In this document: piece by piece, positions 1 to 9,877 of the stretch
How positions within the stretch are numbered: the first letter of the stretch is position 1
How the letters are laid out: the number at the start of each line of letters is the position of its first letter
DNA from: Nitrospirota bacterium
GTDB lineage: Bacteria > Nitrospirota > Nitrospiria > SBBL01 > JAADHI01
Direction of reading: 5' to 3'
Assembly (NCBI GenBank): GCA_029261195.1
Contig: JAJDBU010000059.1
Span: 147,299 to 211,298 of the forward strand
Length of the DNA stretch: 64,000 nt
Made by a program: the position numbers and the translations under genes
Notes under the pieces: generated by a model
What the model saw: only the letters and a program-made list of their open reading frames with translations
What the model was told of the DNA's origin: nothing
Database searches by the model: none

Positions 1-1121
1 TGTGGTGAAATCAAAAGATCCTTCGTGGTTTCCCGGAAGCAGAAGCGCGAGAAGACCAAGTCGGAATTTGTTGGCGACGGCGCGTCAACAGAGATATCCA
101 GTGTGCGATCCAAGACATCTCGCAAGGATTCGGAAGCGACATGCCATTCCTGACGCACATGCCGGACGTGCAAATCCATCGGACCAATGCACCAACGTCC
201 CCGATGATCTCGTGGGACGGAAAACCTGCCCCACCAAGGTTTGACAGCAAGCCGTTGTGGGCCCACGATCTCGTCTTTCAAATCATTCAATTCTGATTCT
301 CCCCATCTTAAGGGATTAGACCCTATCCACAAAAAAGTAAAAAAAAAGAATAGCAGAAAGCAAGATCCAGTGCTCAAAAAAAGAGTCAATCGTCCTTCGT
401 CGACGCCCTTTCCTCAAACAAAACAAAGCCGCCAATCCGGACGCAGCGCAGACAGCATTCGTGAAATTTGAGCCGATGCCCATGGCAGGAACCGCAGCCG
501 GTCATCATCTTTTCGGGATTCGGGGCATCGTCAATCGCTTTGTCTTCCCATATATGTAATGCCTGCTTTCCCTTTGACCACAAAATTCCTGTTCTTCAGA
601 TACAATACTTTGCCCGCAGGACAGATGGGTCGTCCCAGCTTGTGAGCTGGGCATCTTCGCGCTTTCATTGTCGGTGATGTTGCTTTTGATGAGCTTGCCG
701 CTTTTTCCAGTTCTATCTTCGTTCTCTAATAGAAATTGTTTGATCTTTTCTGATTTTTTCCGGAGTTTTCTCAACTGCTTTTCTCTTTTTTCTTCTTCCG
801 ATTTTTCTGGTGTCGCGATCTGATCTTCTGCCCGGTGTCGCTTCAGGATATGACCGATGACTTTCTCTGGTTTTTCTTTTTTCTTTGCAAGGTCGGACTT
901 TGTGCCACTCCATTCTTTTGAGGCGTTTGGCGGATTCGATGTGATTTTAATCGGATCTAGATTGAATCCTAAAAATGTGCAGGAGCGAGATTTCTCATTT
1001 TGTTATCTCATGGAAATGGCCCAGCTTGGAAAGCAATTAAGAGTTGGCGGATATCGCAGCTGCCCGGTCACTGGGCCAAGCCGATATTGACAGCTCAGCG
1101 TCCCATCTCTACAATCCGCCC

Positions 1122-2186
1122 ATGTTTACAACCGTGCAATGGAAAGAGGGTGGTGTTCGCCTGCTAGATCAACGACTTCTCCCCGGAGAAGTCGTTGATC
1201 TAGACTGCAAGTCGGTCGAGCAAGTTGCTCAGGCCATTGAGTCACTCGCAGTTCGTGGTGCCCCTGCAATCGGCATTACAGCAGCTTACGGCGTCGCGCT
1301 TGCCGCGCAGAAGATCTCGGCTGAGTCATTTGATGCGTTTTATTCAGCGCTTCTTCCGAGTTGCAAACGACTCGCCGCAACAAGACCCACAGCCGTCAAC
1401 CTTTTCTGGGCCATTCAACGGATGAAAGAGGCCGCACAATCTCAGGCCCATCTTCCAATAGCAGCAATCAAGAAGCATCTTTTAGCCGAAGCCGACGCCA
1501 TTCTTTCTGAAGACATTGCGATGAATCATGCCATCGGGCTTTGGGGTGCGGAACTCATCAAACCTAACTGGACCATTCTGACCCACTGCAACGCCGGGGC
1601 GCTTGCGACCGGGGGTTACGGCACAGCCCTGGGTGTGATTCGCGGTGCCTGGGAGGCACATAAAAATATCTCGGTCTATGCCGATGAAACCCGACCAATT
1701 CTCCAGGGTGCTCGTTTGACGGCCTGGGAGTTGATGCAGGATGACATTCCGGTCACACTCATCACCGACAACATGGCTGCTCATTTTATGCAAAAGGGAA
1801 AGATTAACTGTTGCGTGGTCGGAGCGGATCGCATCGCAGCCAATGGGGATGTCGCCAATAAAATCGGTACCTATGGTCTGGCCATCCTTGCTGAGGCCCA
1901 CGGCATCCCGTTTTATGTAGCTGCGCCAAGCTCAACGGTCGACATTCAAATCACCTCCGGAGCCGAAATTCCAATTGAAGAACGCGACCCTCGTGAAGTC
2001 AGTCATCTCGCAGGAGTCTCCATAGCGCCGATAGGCGTTGCAGTCGCAAACCCCGCTTTTGACGTCACCCCCGCAAGATTCATTACAGGCATTATTACGG
2101 AAAAAGGCTGCTTCAAACCGGAGCAAGTCGGACAAACAATCGACCGGACTCCAGCACTAAAAAACAACAAAATACCGCCCTCATAA
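1122..2186 (+). CDS. mtnA: S-methyl-5-thioribose-1-phosphate isomerase (eIF-2B alpha/beta/delta family)
   Basis: ORF 1044..2186 carries family motifs VRGAPAIGITAAYG, THCNAGALAT and VGADRIAANGD. The ATG at 1122 (MFTTVQWKEGG) fits family N-termini better than the TTG at 1044. Confidence 0.85.
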   Translation: MFTTVQWKEGGVRLLDQRLLPGEVVDLDCKSVEQVAQAIESLAVRGAPAIGITAAYGVALAAQKISAESFDAFYSALLPSCKRLAATRPTAVNLFWAIQRMKEAAQSQAHLPIAAIKKHLLAEADAILSEDIAMNHAIGLWGAELIKPNWTILTHCNAGALATGGYGTALGVIRGAWEAHKNISVYADETRPILQGARLTAWELMQDDIPVTLITDNMAAHFMQKGKINCCVVGADRIAANGDVANKIGTYGLAILAEAHGIPFYVAAPSSTVDIQITSGAEIPIEERDPREVSHLAGVSIAPIGVAVANPAFDVTPARFITGIITEKGCFKPEQVGQTIDRTPALKNNKIPPS

Positions 2187-2220
2187 CAACCCCCAATAGT
2201 CCCTGATCTCTCCCCCTCAA

Positions 2221-2250
2221 TTGACAATCTGGAGAATCCTCGGATAATAT
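2221..2250 (+). promoter_or_regulatory. sigma70-like promoter candidate upstream of apbC
   Basis: TTGACA (2221-2226), an 18-nt spacer, then TAATAT (2245-2250). It lies 27 nt upstream of the ATG at 2277, which has a GGAG Shine-Dalgarno. Confidence 0.4.
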
Positions 2251-2276
2251 AAACCCTTTTATTGCGGAGCCTCACC

Positions 2277-3188
2277 ATGTCTACAAAAGAAAAAGACCTT
2301 AAATCTATTCTTGGCAAGTTGAAGTATCGTGACGATGCCAAGGTCATGAAACAGATTGTCGATAACACCCTCCAGGTTAAATTGCGCATGGGCAAGGTGA
2401 AGCGCAAGTTGGTCGTCATGAGCGGCAAGGGCGGGGTGGGAAAAAGTATGACCACCGCCAATCTTGCATTGGCTTTCGCCCGAGCTGGCCACAAAGTCGG
2501 TGTACTGGATGTTGACCTCAACGGACCCTGCATTCCAAAGATGTATGGCATGAAAGGCCGCTTCGAAATTACTCCCGACGGCGCGATCCCCCCCGTCGGA
2601 CCCTATGGCATGAAGATCGCCTCAATGGATTTCTTTTTAAAGGAAGAGAATTCCGCAGTGCGATGGAAGGGTTCAATGGAGCTTTCTCCCGTTTGGCTCG
2701 GCCTCATGGAAATGAATGTGATTCGGGAATTTTTGGCCGACATCATCTGGGGTGACCTCGACTACCTCTTGATCGACCTTCCGCCCGGTGCCGCCGCAGA
2801 TAAACCTCCTGTCATTGCAGGCTTCATTCCAGAACTTGACGGCGCAGTGGTGGTTGCGACGCCTTCACAGGTGACCCAGACCGTCGTCAGAAAGTCCATC
2901 CACTACGCACGAGATGTCGGGCTGCCCATGCTAGGCCTCATCGAAAATATGAGCGGCGGCATTTGTCCGGAATGCAATACGACTGTACCGTTTTTTGAAG
3001 GCGGTTGCGAAGATCTTTGTGCTGAACTGGATCTTCCCCTCCTGGCGAAAATTCCTTTTGATACCTGCTTGTCAAAGGCATGTGACACTGGAAAGCCGCT
3101 GGAGGAAGATCATGTAATTTCTTTAAATTTTGCCGGTGTGGCCTTACATATTCAAAACTTCCTTGAATCAAAAACAACACTTGTTTAG
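2277..3188 (+). CDS. apbC: Mrp/NBP35/ApbC-family Fe-S cluster carrier ATPase
   Basis: Deviant Walker A MSGKGGVGKS, DVDLNGP, and a C-terminal CPEC (CxxC) motif. The ATG at 2277 is preferred over the TTG at 2262. Confidence 0.85.
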   Translation: MSTKEKDLKSILGKLKYRDDAKVMKQIVDNTLQVKLRMGKVKRKLVVMSGKGGVGKSMTTANLALAFARAGHKVGVLDVDLNGPCIPKMYGMKGRFEITPDGAIPPVGPYGMKIASMDFFLKEENSAVRWKGSMELSPVWLGLMEMNVIREFLADIIWGDLDYLLIDLPPGAAADKPPVIAGFIPELDGAVVVATPSQVTQTVVRKSIHYARDVGLPMLGLIENMSGGICPECNTTVPFFEGGCEDLCAELDLPLLAKIPFDTCLSKACDTGKPLEEDHVISLNFAGVALHIQNFLESKTTLV

Positions 3189-3197
3189 GAGAATCCA

Positions 3198-3986
3198 ATG
3201 AAATTTGTCTGCATGAAGTGTGAAAGTTTTATGTCATTTGAAAAGGTTCAGACCCCCGCCGAGCAATCGCTGGGCGTCATGTTTGCCTGCCCGACCTGTG
3301 AAGCGAAGGTTGCCATGGTCACCAATCCGGGAGAAACCGCAATGGTTCAAGCCCTGGGCGTTAAACTTGGCGGAAAGACCCAAGCTTCGGCTCCGATGGA
3401 GTTGACCCGGGAAAGCCTGAAAGAAGCACCGGAAACACTGGAGCATACTTCCGCTTCCGCTCAGCAGGAAATGTTAAAAGCCGAAACGGCCAAGTCAGAG
3501 GAATCCAGTGAGGGCGGCTGTCCCTTTTCCAGCATGGTTTCCCAGATGGGTGGTGGCATGCCCGCAGGGATGCCCGAGATGCCGACTGGCATGCCGGAGA
3601 TGCCCAAAGAGGGTTCCGGTTGCCCGGTATCGATGCCGTCCTCAACATCGGCACAGACAGAACTGAACTGGTCTCCCGAAGCTGAAGAGCGTATTGAAAA
3701 AATTCCGACCTTCATGCGCCCGATGATTAAGATGGGTGTTGAAAGCTACGCCCAGAAGAACAATATCGCAGTCATCACCCCCGAAGTCATGGAAGCCTCC
3801 AAAAATGACAAGGGCGATCTCGAGTGGTCGAAAGAGGCCGAACAGCGCCTTGACAATATTCCCGCTTTTGTCCGCCCGATGGCGAAAAAAGAAATCGAAC
3901 GCATGGCCAAAGAACGGGGCGAAAGTGCAATCTCCGCTGAACTCTTAGAAGAAGCCAAGGGGAAATTCATGGGCATGGGCTACTAA
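3198..3986 (+). CDS. Zinc-ribbon protein with two PCP-reductase-type (protochlorophyllide reductase subunit B C-terminal-like) domains
   Basis: N-terminal CxxC...CxxC (CMKCE, CPTCE). A Met/Pro-rich linker (GMPAGMPEMPTGMPEMP). Two repeats of W(S)xEAExRhxxIPxFxRPM, typical of the PCP_red domain. Confidence 0.6.
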   Translation: MKFVCMKCESFMSFEKVQTPAEQSLGVMFACPTCEAKVAMVTNPGETAMVQALGVKLGGKTQASAPMELTRESLKEAPETLEHTSASAQQEMLKAETAKSEESSEGGCPFSSMVSQMGGGMPAGMPEMPTGMPEMPKEGSGCPVSMPSSTSAQTELNWSPEAEERIEKIPTFMRPMIKMGVESYAQKNNIAVITPEVMEASKNDKGDLEWSKEAEQRLDNIPAFVRPMAKKEIERMAKERGESAISAELLEEAKGKFMGMGY

Positions 3987-3999
3987 CGAAGCCTTGTGA

Positions 4000-4704
4000 T
4001 TGAGTGATTGGATGGACGCACAAAGCTACATCAAAGGCCTTGAAGATGAAATCCTGCACCACGAGGCCGTCCATCACCCTTTTTTAAAACGCTTTGCCTC
4101 CGAGTCATTAAGCCTGGAGCAAATTCGGACTTTCGGTCTGCAGCATTATCAGTTGGTCCGAATCTTCGTCAACTACATGACGAACCTGCTGCCTCTTATT
4201 CCGGACAAAGAGGCAGCAGATCTTTTCCGAACGGTTTTCGATGACGAGTTCGGGCAGCATACTATTTTCAGGAGCCACCCGGCCCTTTATCGGAATTTTT
4301 TAAAAGGGCTGGGCCTCCCTGAAGAGGCCTGGGGCCGTGTTGCCTTTCTTCCTGAAACCACACTATACATTGAAGCCCACAAAAAGTTGACCCGGGATGA
4401 AGATTTTCTCATTGGTTTAGGCGCAGTCGGCCCTGCCCATGAATTCGCGATTCCGACGATGTTTGAATACCTGATTTCAGGTTTTAAAAACAACACGGAC
4501 TTAAGCGATGAGGTTATGGAATATTTTGACTTTCATATTGTTCAAGACAAAGAACATGCCGTCGTCTTCAACCAACTGATCATCCGGCACATCGAAACGC
4601 CCGAATCACAAAAATTGCTTCGCGAAGGGGCAATGCGGTGCTTAGCCTTTAGAAAAGCCTTCTGGGACGGCCTATATCGAGCCGTTTTCGGCGAATCTCT
4701 CTAA
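4000..4704 (+). CDS. Iron-containing redox enzyme family protein (heme-oxygenase-like fold)
   Basis: All-helical 234-aa ORF with HHPFLKRF, LQHYQLVRIF, DDEFGQH and HPALYRNFLKGLGL, a layout typical of the heme-oxygenase-like (PqqC/TenA-related) family. TTG start at 4000; alternative ATG at 4012. Confidence 0.55.
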   Translation: MSDWMDAQSYIKGLEDEILHHEAVHHPFLKRFASESLSLEQIRTFGLQHYQLVRIFVNYMTNLLPLIPDKEAADLFRTVFDDEFGQHTIFRSHPALYRNFLKGLGLPEEAWGRVAFLPETTLYIEAHKKLTRDEDFLIGLGAVGPAHEFAIPTMFEYLISGFKNNTDLSDEVMEYFDFHIVQDKEHAVVFNQLIIRHIETPESQKLLREGAMRCLAFRKAFWDGLYRAVFGESL

Positions 4705-4737
4705 AGCCCTGTTTCTCTCCTCACTTCAGGATTTTTT

Positions 4738-5982
4738 ATGCCGGTGACTCTGCAAGATATTCGCGATTCCGCCGATGTCCTCTCGGGTAATATCGTCCCG
4801 ACCCCCTGTTTACGTTCAACAACGCTTTCCGAAATCACCGGGGCGGAAGTTTATCTCAAGTTTGAAAACCAACAATTTACGGCTTCTTTTAAAGACCGCG
4901 GTGCCTGGGTCAAGCTCTGCAGTCTCAACGCAAAACAGAGAGAGAATGGCATTATCGCCATGTCTGCCGGAAACCATGCACAGGCAGTCGCCTATCACGC
5001 AGCACGTTTAGGCATTGAGGCCACAATCGTCATGCCGAACCACACGCCCAATGTGAAGGTTGCGCGCACCCGTGGTTTTGGTGCAGAAGTCATTCTGCAC
5101 GGAGACAGTCTGGAGAAATCCTTCCACTTTACGCAAACACGCGTTGAAGAACGTGGACTCCAACTCATTCATCCCTATGACGATGCACAGATCATTGCAG
5201 GACAGGGCACCATTGCCCTTGAAATGCTTGAGGCCCAGCCTGAACTGGAAGTGCTGCTTGTACCTGTCGGTGGCGGGGGACTGATTTCCGGTGTCGCCAT
5301 TGCCGCCAAGGCCATCCGGCCGGAGATTGAAATCATCGGTGTTCAGACCCGGAGATTTCCGGCGGTACAACAGACCCTTTCCGGAAAGCCAATTGAGTGC
5401 GAAGCAATCACCATTGCAGACGGCATCGGCGTAAAGGCGCCAGGGATATTAACTCTGCCCATCATTCGGGAGCATGTCTCCCGGATTCTACTTGTGTCAG
5501 AACGGGAGATTGAAGCCGCAGTCTTGCTCTTCCTGGAAGTCGAAAAAAGCGTCATCGAGGGAGCGGGTGCCGTCGGACTCGCCGCACTGCTCAATCACGC
5601 TGAGCGCTTCAAAGGGAAAAAAGTCGGCTTGATTCTATCCGGCGGCAACATCGACATGCTGACGCTTTCATCCATTATTCAGAGAGGGCTTGTTCGATCA
5701 GAACGCCTGATTCGCCTCCATGTCAGCATCCCCGATATCCCGGGAGGTTTAGCCGAGGTGACGGCCCTTTTTAAGCGATCCAAGGCCAACATCATTGAAA
5801 TCCACCATCAGCGTACCTTTACGACACTTTCTCTCAGATCCGCCGACGTTGAATTTGTTCTCGAGACACTCGGCCCCGAACATGTGCGAGAAATTCAGGA
5901 AACACTGAAACAAGCCGGCTACCGGACCGCCCTCGGCGGCAACGAAGAAATGAAAACACCGGGACTTCACTCAAACCTCTGA
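4738..5982 (+). CDS. ilvA: Threonine ammonia-lyase (short form with C-terminal ACT-like domain)
   Basis: PLP-lysine motif FTASFKDRGA, MSAGNHAQAVAY, and the glycine loop VPVGGGGLISG. Confidence 0.85.
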   Translation: MPVTLQDIRDSADVLSGNIVPTPCLRSTTLSEITGAEVYLKFENQQFTASFKDRGAWVKLCSLNAKQRENGIIAMSAGNHAQAVAYHAARLGIEATIVMPNHTPNVKVARTRGFGAEVILHGDSLEKSFHFTQTRVEERGLQLIHPYDDAQIIAGQGTIALEMLEAQPELEVLLVPVGGGGLISGVAIAAKAIRPEIEIIGVQTRRFPAVQQTLSGKPIECEAITIADGIGVKAPGILTLPIIREHVSRILLVSEREIEAAVLLFLEVEKSVIEGAGAVGLAALLNHAERFKGKKVGLILSGGNIDMLTLSSIIQRGLVRSERLIRLHVSIPDIPGGLAEVTALFKRSKANIIEIHHQRTFTTLSLRSADVEFVLETLGPEHVREIQETLKQAGYRTALGGNEEMKTPGLHSNL

Positions 5983-6042
5983 GCCGTCCCGACTCCCTCT
6001 TCATGTCCTCAAATAATTCTCTCACATGGTATACTTGACCCC

Positions 6043-7437
6043 ATGGCATATAGAACCCGATTTAACATTTCCCTAGTAAAACCGCCTGTTTTCCTTAAAC
6101 TCGTCGCACTGATTTTTCTCCTAAGCGTAGCGCTCAAAACTGACTTATCGGCAAAAGACTACTCGCTCCACCACCTCATCCAGACAGAAGTCGCCTATCG
6201 CTACCAAAATTCACCGGCTTTTACAAAACTGCTTAATTATTATCAACTCGAAGTCCGCTACGATTACAGCCCTTCCCTGATTTTTTCAGCGATCAGCAGG
6301 CTAAGCTACGATGCGATTTATGATCTGAAAGACCTCTCTTCAATCAACCCCTTTCAAGACCGCTTTCAATCGACCGAGCCCCGAGAAATCTCTGAGGTCG
6401 ATTCCTTTGACGCCGATTTCAGGGAACTGTATGCCGATATTTATTTTGATAAGGTCGATCTCAGGCTCGGCAAGCAGATTACGCGATGGGGTGTGATTGA
6501 AGGGTTTCGCATCACCGATGAACTCAACCCGCAGGATTTCAGCGAATTCATTCTTCGTGAATTAAGCGATAAATACATTCCAATCTGGATGGCCAAGGCA
6601 GATGTTTATTTTGAAAACATGGCCCTGGAGTTGGTCTGGATTCCAGAGTTAATCTTTAATCGCCCCGCTGAACCCGGAACGGAATGGGAAGAATTTCAAC
6701 TGCCTCCGGGACTCGACAAACCACCGAGAACATTTGGAAATACGGAATTCGGCCTCCGCATGACCACACATCAACTCGGAACGGACTTCGCCTTCAGCTA
6801 TTTAGATGCCTGGGATGATTTCCCCACTGCTTCCCGAACCATCTTCGGTTTGAACACCGGACTTTCAGAGCGTTCAACTGATTTTGTGCCGCGCTACCAT
6901 CGCCTGCACATACTCGGTTTTTCCTTTTCCAGAACTGTCGGGCCGAACGTCATAAAAGGGGAACTCGCCTATGTCTTCGGAAAAAACTTCGGAACACTAC
7001 CCTTCGATGCTGAGCCGGCGGACGGCATTTCGGATATTGAGGAATTGGAACGACAGCATTTAAAATACGGCCTCGGCATCGACACCCGTCTTCCCGGACA
7101 CATCGAAACATTCATTCAATTCTCTCAGCAGATCATTGTGGATTACAATGATCTGATCATTGCCGACCGGGTGGAAAGCGGCGCCAGCCTCTTGCTGCGG
7201 AGGGAATTTCTTCACAAGCGACTCCTCTTCCGGGTGTTAACGCTCTACATGCTCAATGACAAGGAAGCGATGATTCGCCCCCGTATTTCATATCAGTGGA
7301 ATGACGGCTTAAAAATTTCCTTTGGGGTCGATTTGTTTGAAGGCACCCCTGGAAGGGTCAATGAAGACGATCTGCACTTCATCGGATTCTTTGATGAGAA
7401 TGACCGGGTTTATACAGAAATTCGCTATCAGTTTTGA
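6043..7437 (+). CDS. Outer-membrane beta-barrel protein, DUF1302/alginate-export-like
   Basis: Signal-peptide-like N-terminus, alternating beta-strand pattern, LRLGKQITRWG motif, and a C-terminal aromatic residue (IRYQF). Confidence 0.5.
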   Translation: MAYRTRFNISLVKPPVFLKLVALIFLLSVALKTDLSAKDYSLHHLIQTEVAYRYQNSPAFTKLLNYYQLEVRYDYSPSLIFSAISRLSYDAIYDLKDLSSINPFQDRFQSTEPREISEVDSFDADFRELYADIYFDKVDLRLGKQITRWGVIEGFRITDELNPQDFSEFILRELSDKYIPIWMAKADVYFENMALELVWIPELIFNRPAEPGTEWEEFQLPPGLDKPPRTFGNTEFGLRMTTHQLGTDFAFSYLDAWDDFPTASRTIFGLNTGLSERSTDFVPRYHRLHILGFSFSRTVGPNVIKGELAYVFGKNFGTLPFDAEPADGISDIEELERQHLKYGLGIDTRLPGHIETFIQFSQQIIVDYNDLIIADRVESGASLLLRREFLHKRLLFRVLTLYMLNDKEAMIRPRISYQWNDGLKISFGVDLFEGTPGRVNEDDLHFIGFFDENDRVYTEIRYQF

Positions 7438-7544
7438 GACAACTGAATCGTGTTTAACTGCTTACTGCATTGGCTGCACAAGCTCATGAGGATTTTCGAT
7501 TGGTAAAATAGATTGCCTCCCCTCCCTATCAGGAGTAATAAAAA

Positions 7545-9335
7545 ATGACTGATAATAAAAGCGATACTAAGGCAACTCAAGGCCCCGCATCTGTTCAAGC
7601 GAAGAAGAACAAAAGCAAAAACATTATCATCTGTTCGGATGGCACCGGCAACCGGGGGGGTGTTGGGCCGAGTACGAATGTTTGGCGTTTATACAATGGT
7701 ATCGACTTAAATCATCAACAGCGAAAGCAGATCACCTATTATGACGATGGTGTCGGCACGGAAGACAGTAAGTATTTGAAGATGCTGACGGGTGCAATGG
7801 GGCTTGGTTTTACGAGAAATGTGAAGCAGATCTATAAATTTCTTGTACTCAACTATGTCGAAGGAGATGACATTTATCTCTTCGGATTCAGCCGGGGCGC
7901 TTACACCGTCCGAGCACTCTCTGCCTTTGTTACAAGTTGCGGCGTCATCAAAGATGCCAAAAGACTGGATGATCAGCAACTCACAGATGCTGTTGATCAA
8001 CTGCTTGAAACTTATCATCAGCGACCCCGCCTACCTAAAGAAACATCCAAGCCGTCGAACGATGTCCTGAAGAAATATATGCAAGAGGTCCGAACACATA
8101 TAGAGACCAATTTCAAACATCCAAATTATACAAACCATCAAGATAAGCTGATCGGAACGAAGATAAACACAATCGGTGTCTGGGATACCGTTTCCGCCAT
8201 TGGACTGCCTTTTGAAGTCCCATTCAAAGATTGGCTGCTCAAGAAACGATTTCAATTCAAATTTAGAGACTACGCGCTATCTCCCGATGTCGCTCATGCC
8301 TACCATGCGCTTGCAATTGATGATGAGCGGCTTTCGTTTCACCCTGAAGTCTGGGACGAATCGGTCGCAAGAAAAGGTCAGATAGAGCAGGTCTGGTTTT
8401 CAGGGATGCATTCCGATGTCGGCGGCGGCTATCCAAAACAAGGACTTGCCCATGTGACATTGGAGTGGATGATAGCGAGAGTCAAACCCAATGGTCTGTT
8501 TTTTCAAGACGGCTTTGAGGATGAAGTCAAACGTGAGGCCGATGTCCATGCAAAGCTGTATGACTCACGTTCAGGATTCGCTGCATTCTATCGCTATGCC
8601 CCGCGCAACATAGAAGCGCTCTATAAAAAAGCATCTGGTTCTGGTGCCACCCACATCAATGTGCATGAATCTGTCTTCGACCGCATTGGTCGCCGGACAG
8701 GGAATTACAACCCCGGAAACCTCTTACCCGGAAGCAAGCTCGACATTCATGTCACCCCAGGCGGGATCAAACCGAGTCAAGCGCAAACCTTACAAAACAA
8801 GATCAATCAGCTCAAAACAAAAAGAGGCAGCCAAGGGGACCCCGCTGCCCCTTGGGTTGAAAAACGAAAAAACCTCCACTGGGCTTTTGTCGTGACGGTC
8901 TTGATGGTCATCACTGCCTTTGTGGTATTCATGATATTCCGATTAGATTTAGAAAAGCACAGCTTACAGGATGCAGGAGAGGTTCGTAATTTTATAAATT
9001 GGATCGTTTTACTCTTGGCCTCAGTCACTATGTTGTATGCCAGCTTCAAGCTCAGATCCAAAAAAAAGATGTTTTCGCTGTTAGTGATGTGGGGGGTGGT
9101 ATATGGCTTTAAATTCATACCTAAAGCCATTTCAGAAATACTCCTGTTTATATTGCCTGATATTGTCGCAGAAGCAATTATCTATTTTGCGGGAAACCAC
9201 CCTCAATATTTGGCACTTGTCCTCTCTCTTTTTATACTGGGTTGGGTATTGCGAGAAAGATATCGAGAGGAATGCAGTCAAATTTACGAAAACGCCTGGG
9301 AAACCCTTCATTTCATGAATGACACAAGGGGCTGA
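7545..9335 (+). CDS. DUF2235 (Tle1-like alpha/beta hydrolase) fused to a C-terminal multi-pass membrane domain
   Basis: IIICSDGTGN start, nucleophile elbow GFSRGA, GVWDTVSAIG, and HSDVGGGY (Ser-Asp-His layout of the DUF2235/Tle1 family). The last ~170 aa contain about 4-5 hydrophobic helices. Confidence 0.7.
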   Translation: MTDNKSDTKATQGPASVQAKKNKSKNIIICSDGTGNRGGVGPSTNVWRLYNGIDLNHQQRKQITYYDDGVGTEDSKYLKMLTGAMGLGFTRNVKQIYKFLVLNYVEGDDIYLFGFSRGAYTVRALSAFVTSCGVIKDAKRLDDQQLTDAVDQLLETYHQRPRLPKETSKPSNDVLKKYMQEVRTHIETNFKHPNYTNHQDKLIGTKINTIGVWDTVSAIGLPFEVPFKDWLLKKRFQFKFRDYALSPDVAHAYHALAIDDERLSFHPEVWDESVARKGQIEQVWFSGMHSDVGGGYPKQGLAHVTLEWMIARVKPNGLFFQDGFEDEVKREADVHAKLYDSRSGFAAFYRYAPRNIEALYKKASGSGATHINVHESVFDRIGRRTGNYNPGNLLPGSKLDIHVTPGGIKPSQAQTLQNKINQLKTKRGSQGDPAAPWVEKRKNLHWAFVVTVLMVITAFVVFMIFRLDLEKHSLQDAGEVRNFINWIVLLLASVTMLYASFKLRSKKKMFSLLVMWGVVYGFKFIPKAISEILLFILPDIVAEAIIYFAGNHPQYLALVLSLFILGWVLRERYREECSQIYENAWETLHFMNDTRG

Positions 9336-9442
9336 TTCTGGAGACAAATAACCCTCGACCTACAATCCCTTGAAAGAAGAGGTCAGGGCAAGTTAAAATG
9401 AAGCATGATCGGGATGTTGTATGATCATATGATGAGGGGATT

Positions 9443-9877
9443 ATGGTATTTTCGATCAAAAAATTCGGTCTTGACGGGGCTGCTCTTGTTCAGGGACTTG
9501 TTTCAAAAACCAACTGGACTGAAGATCTCAAACGCGGATTGAGCGTTCTTCAGTCAGGAGGACTTGCGGTTGTTGATCGCTCCTTTTCTGAAGTCGAACT
9601 GTATAAACTTCGAGGCCAATTGGATCAATGTGAAAAAAATCTGGATGAATGTTTCCAGACACTCGGGAAAAAAAGCATGGCGCATTGGAAAAATCAGCAG
9701 GAATTGGATGACAAAGAAAAAGAAAAAATCTTTGCTCAAATTGAACGATTCAAAACGGAAAAAGAACAAATACTTGCTTCAATTGCCGCACAAAAAACAC
9801 CCATTGATTCCAGCCCTCCTGAACCCGCTCCATCAAATATCCAGAAAGAGACCTCCGAAACCCCGTCTCTCGAGTGA
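9443..9877 (+). CDS. Hypothetical coiled-coil protein
   Basis: 144-aa ORF that is K/E/Q-rich with heptad character. Its stop overlaps the GTG start of the ppx-like gene (GTGA). No family recognised. Confidence 0.4.
   Translation: MVFSIKKFGLDGAALVQGLVSKTNWTEDLKRGLSVLQSGGLAVVDRSFSEVELYKLRGQLDQCEKNLDECFQTLGKKSMAHWKNQQELDDKEKEKIFAQIERFKTEKEQILASIAAQKTPIDSSPPEPAPSNIQKETSETPSLE

Noticed and set aside
2-250. 80-aa plus-strand and 79-aa minus-strand ORFs at the left edge
   Set aside because: Both give Arg- or Cys-rich, implausible products. A third frame on the minus strand, open to the window edge, looks more protein-like (see findings).
2003-2551. 182-aa minus-strand ORF spanning the mtnA 3' end and the apbC 5' end
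   Set aside because: It is antisense to two well-supported genes. It has no recognisable motifs and a composition typical of an antisense frame.
7545-9335. T6SS effector-immunity locus around the DUF2235 gene
   Set aside because: No VgrG, PAAR, Hcp, chaperone or typical immunity gene is present within the window, so it cannot be called a T6SS effector.
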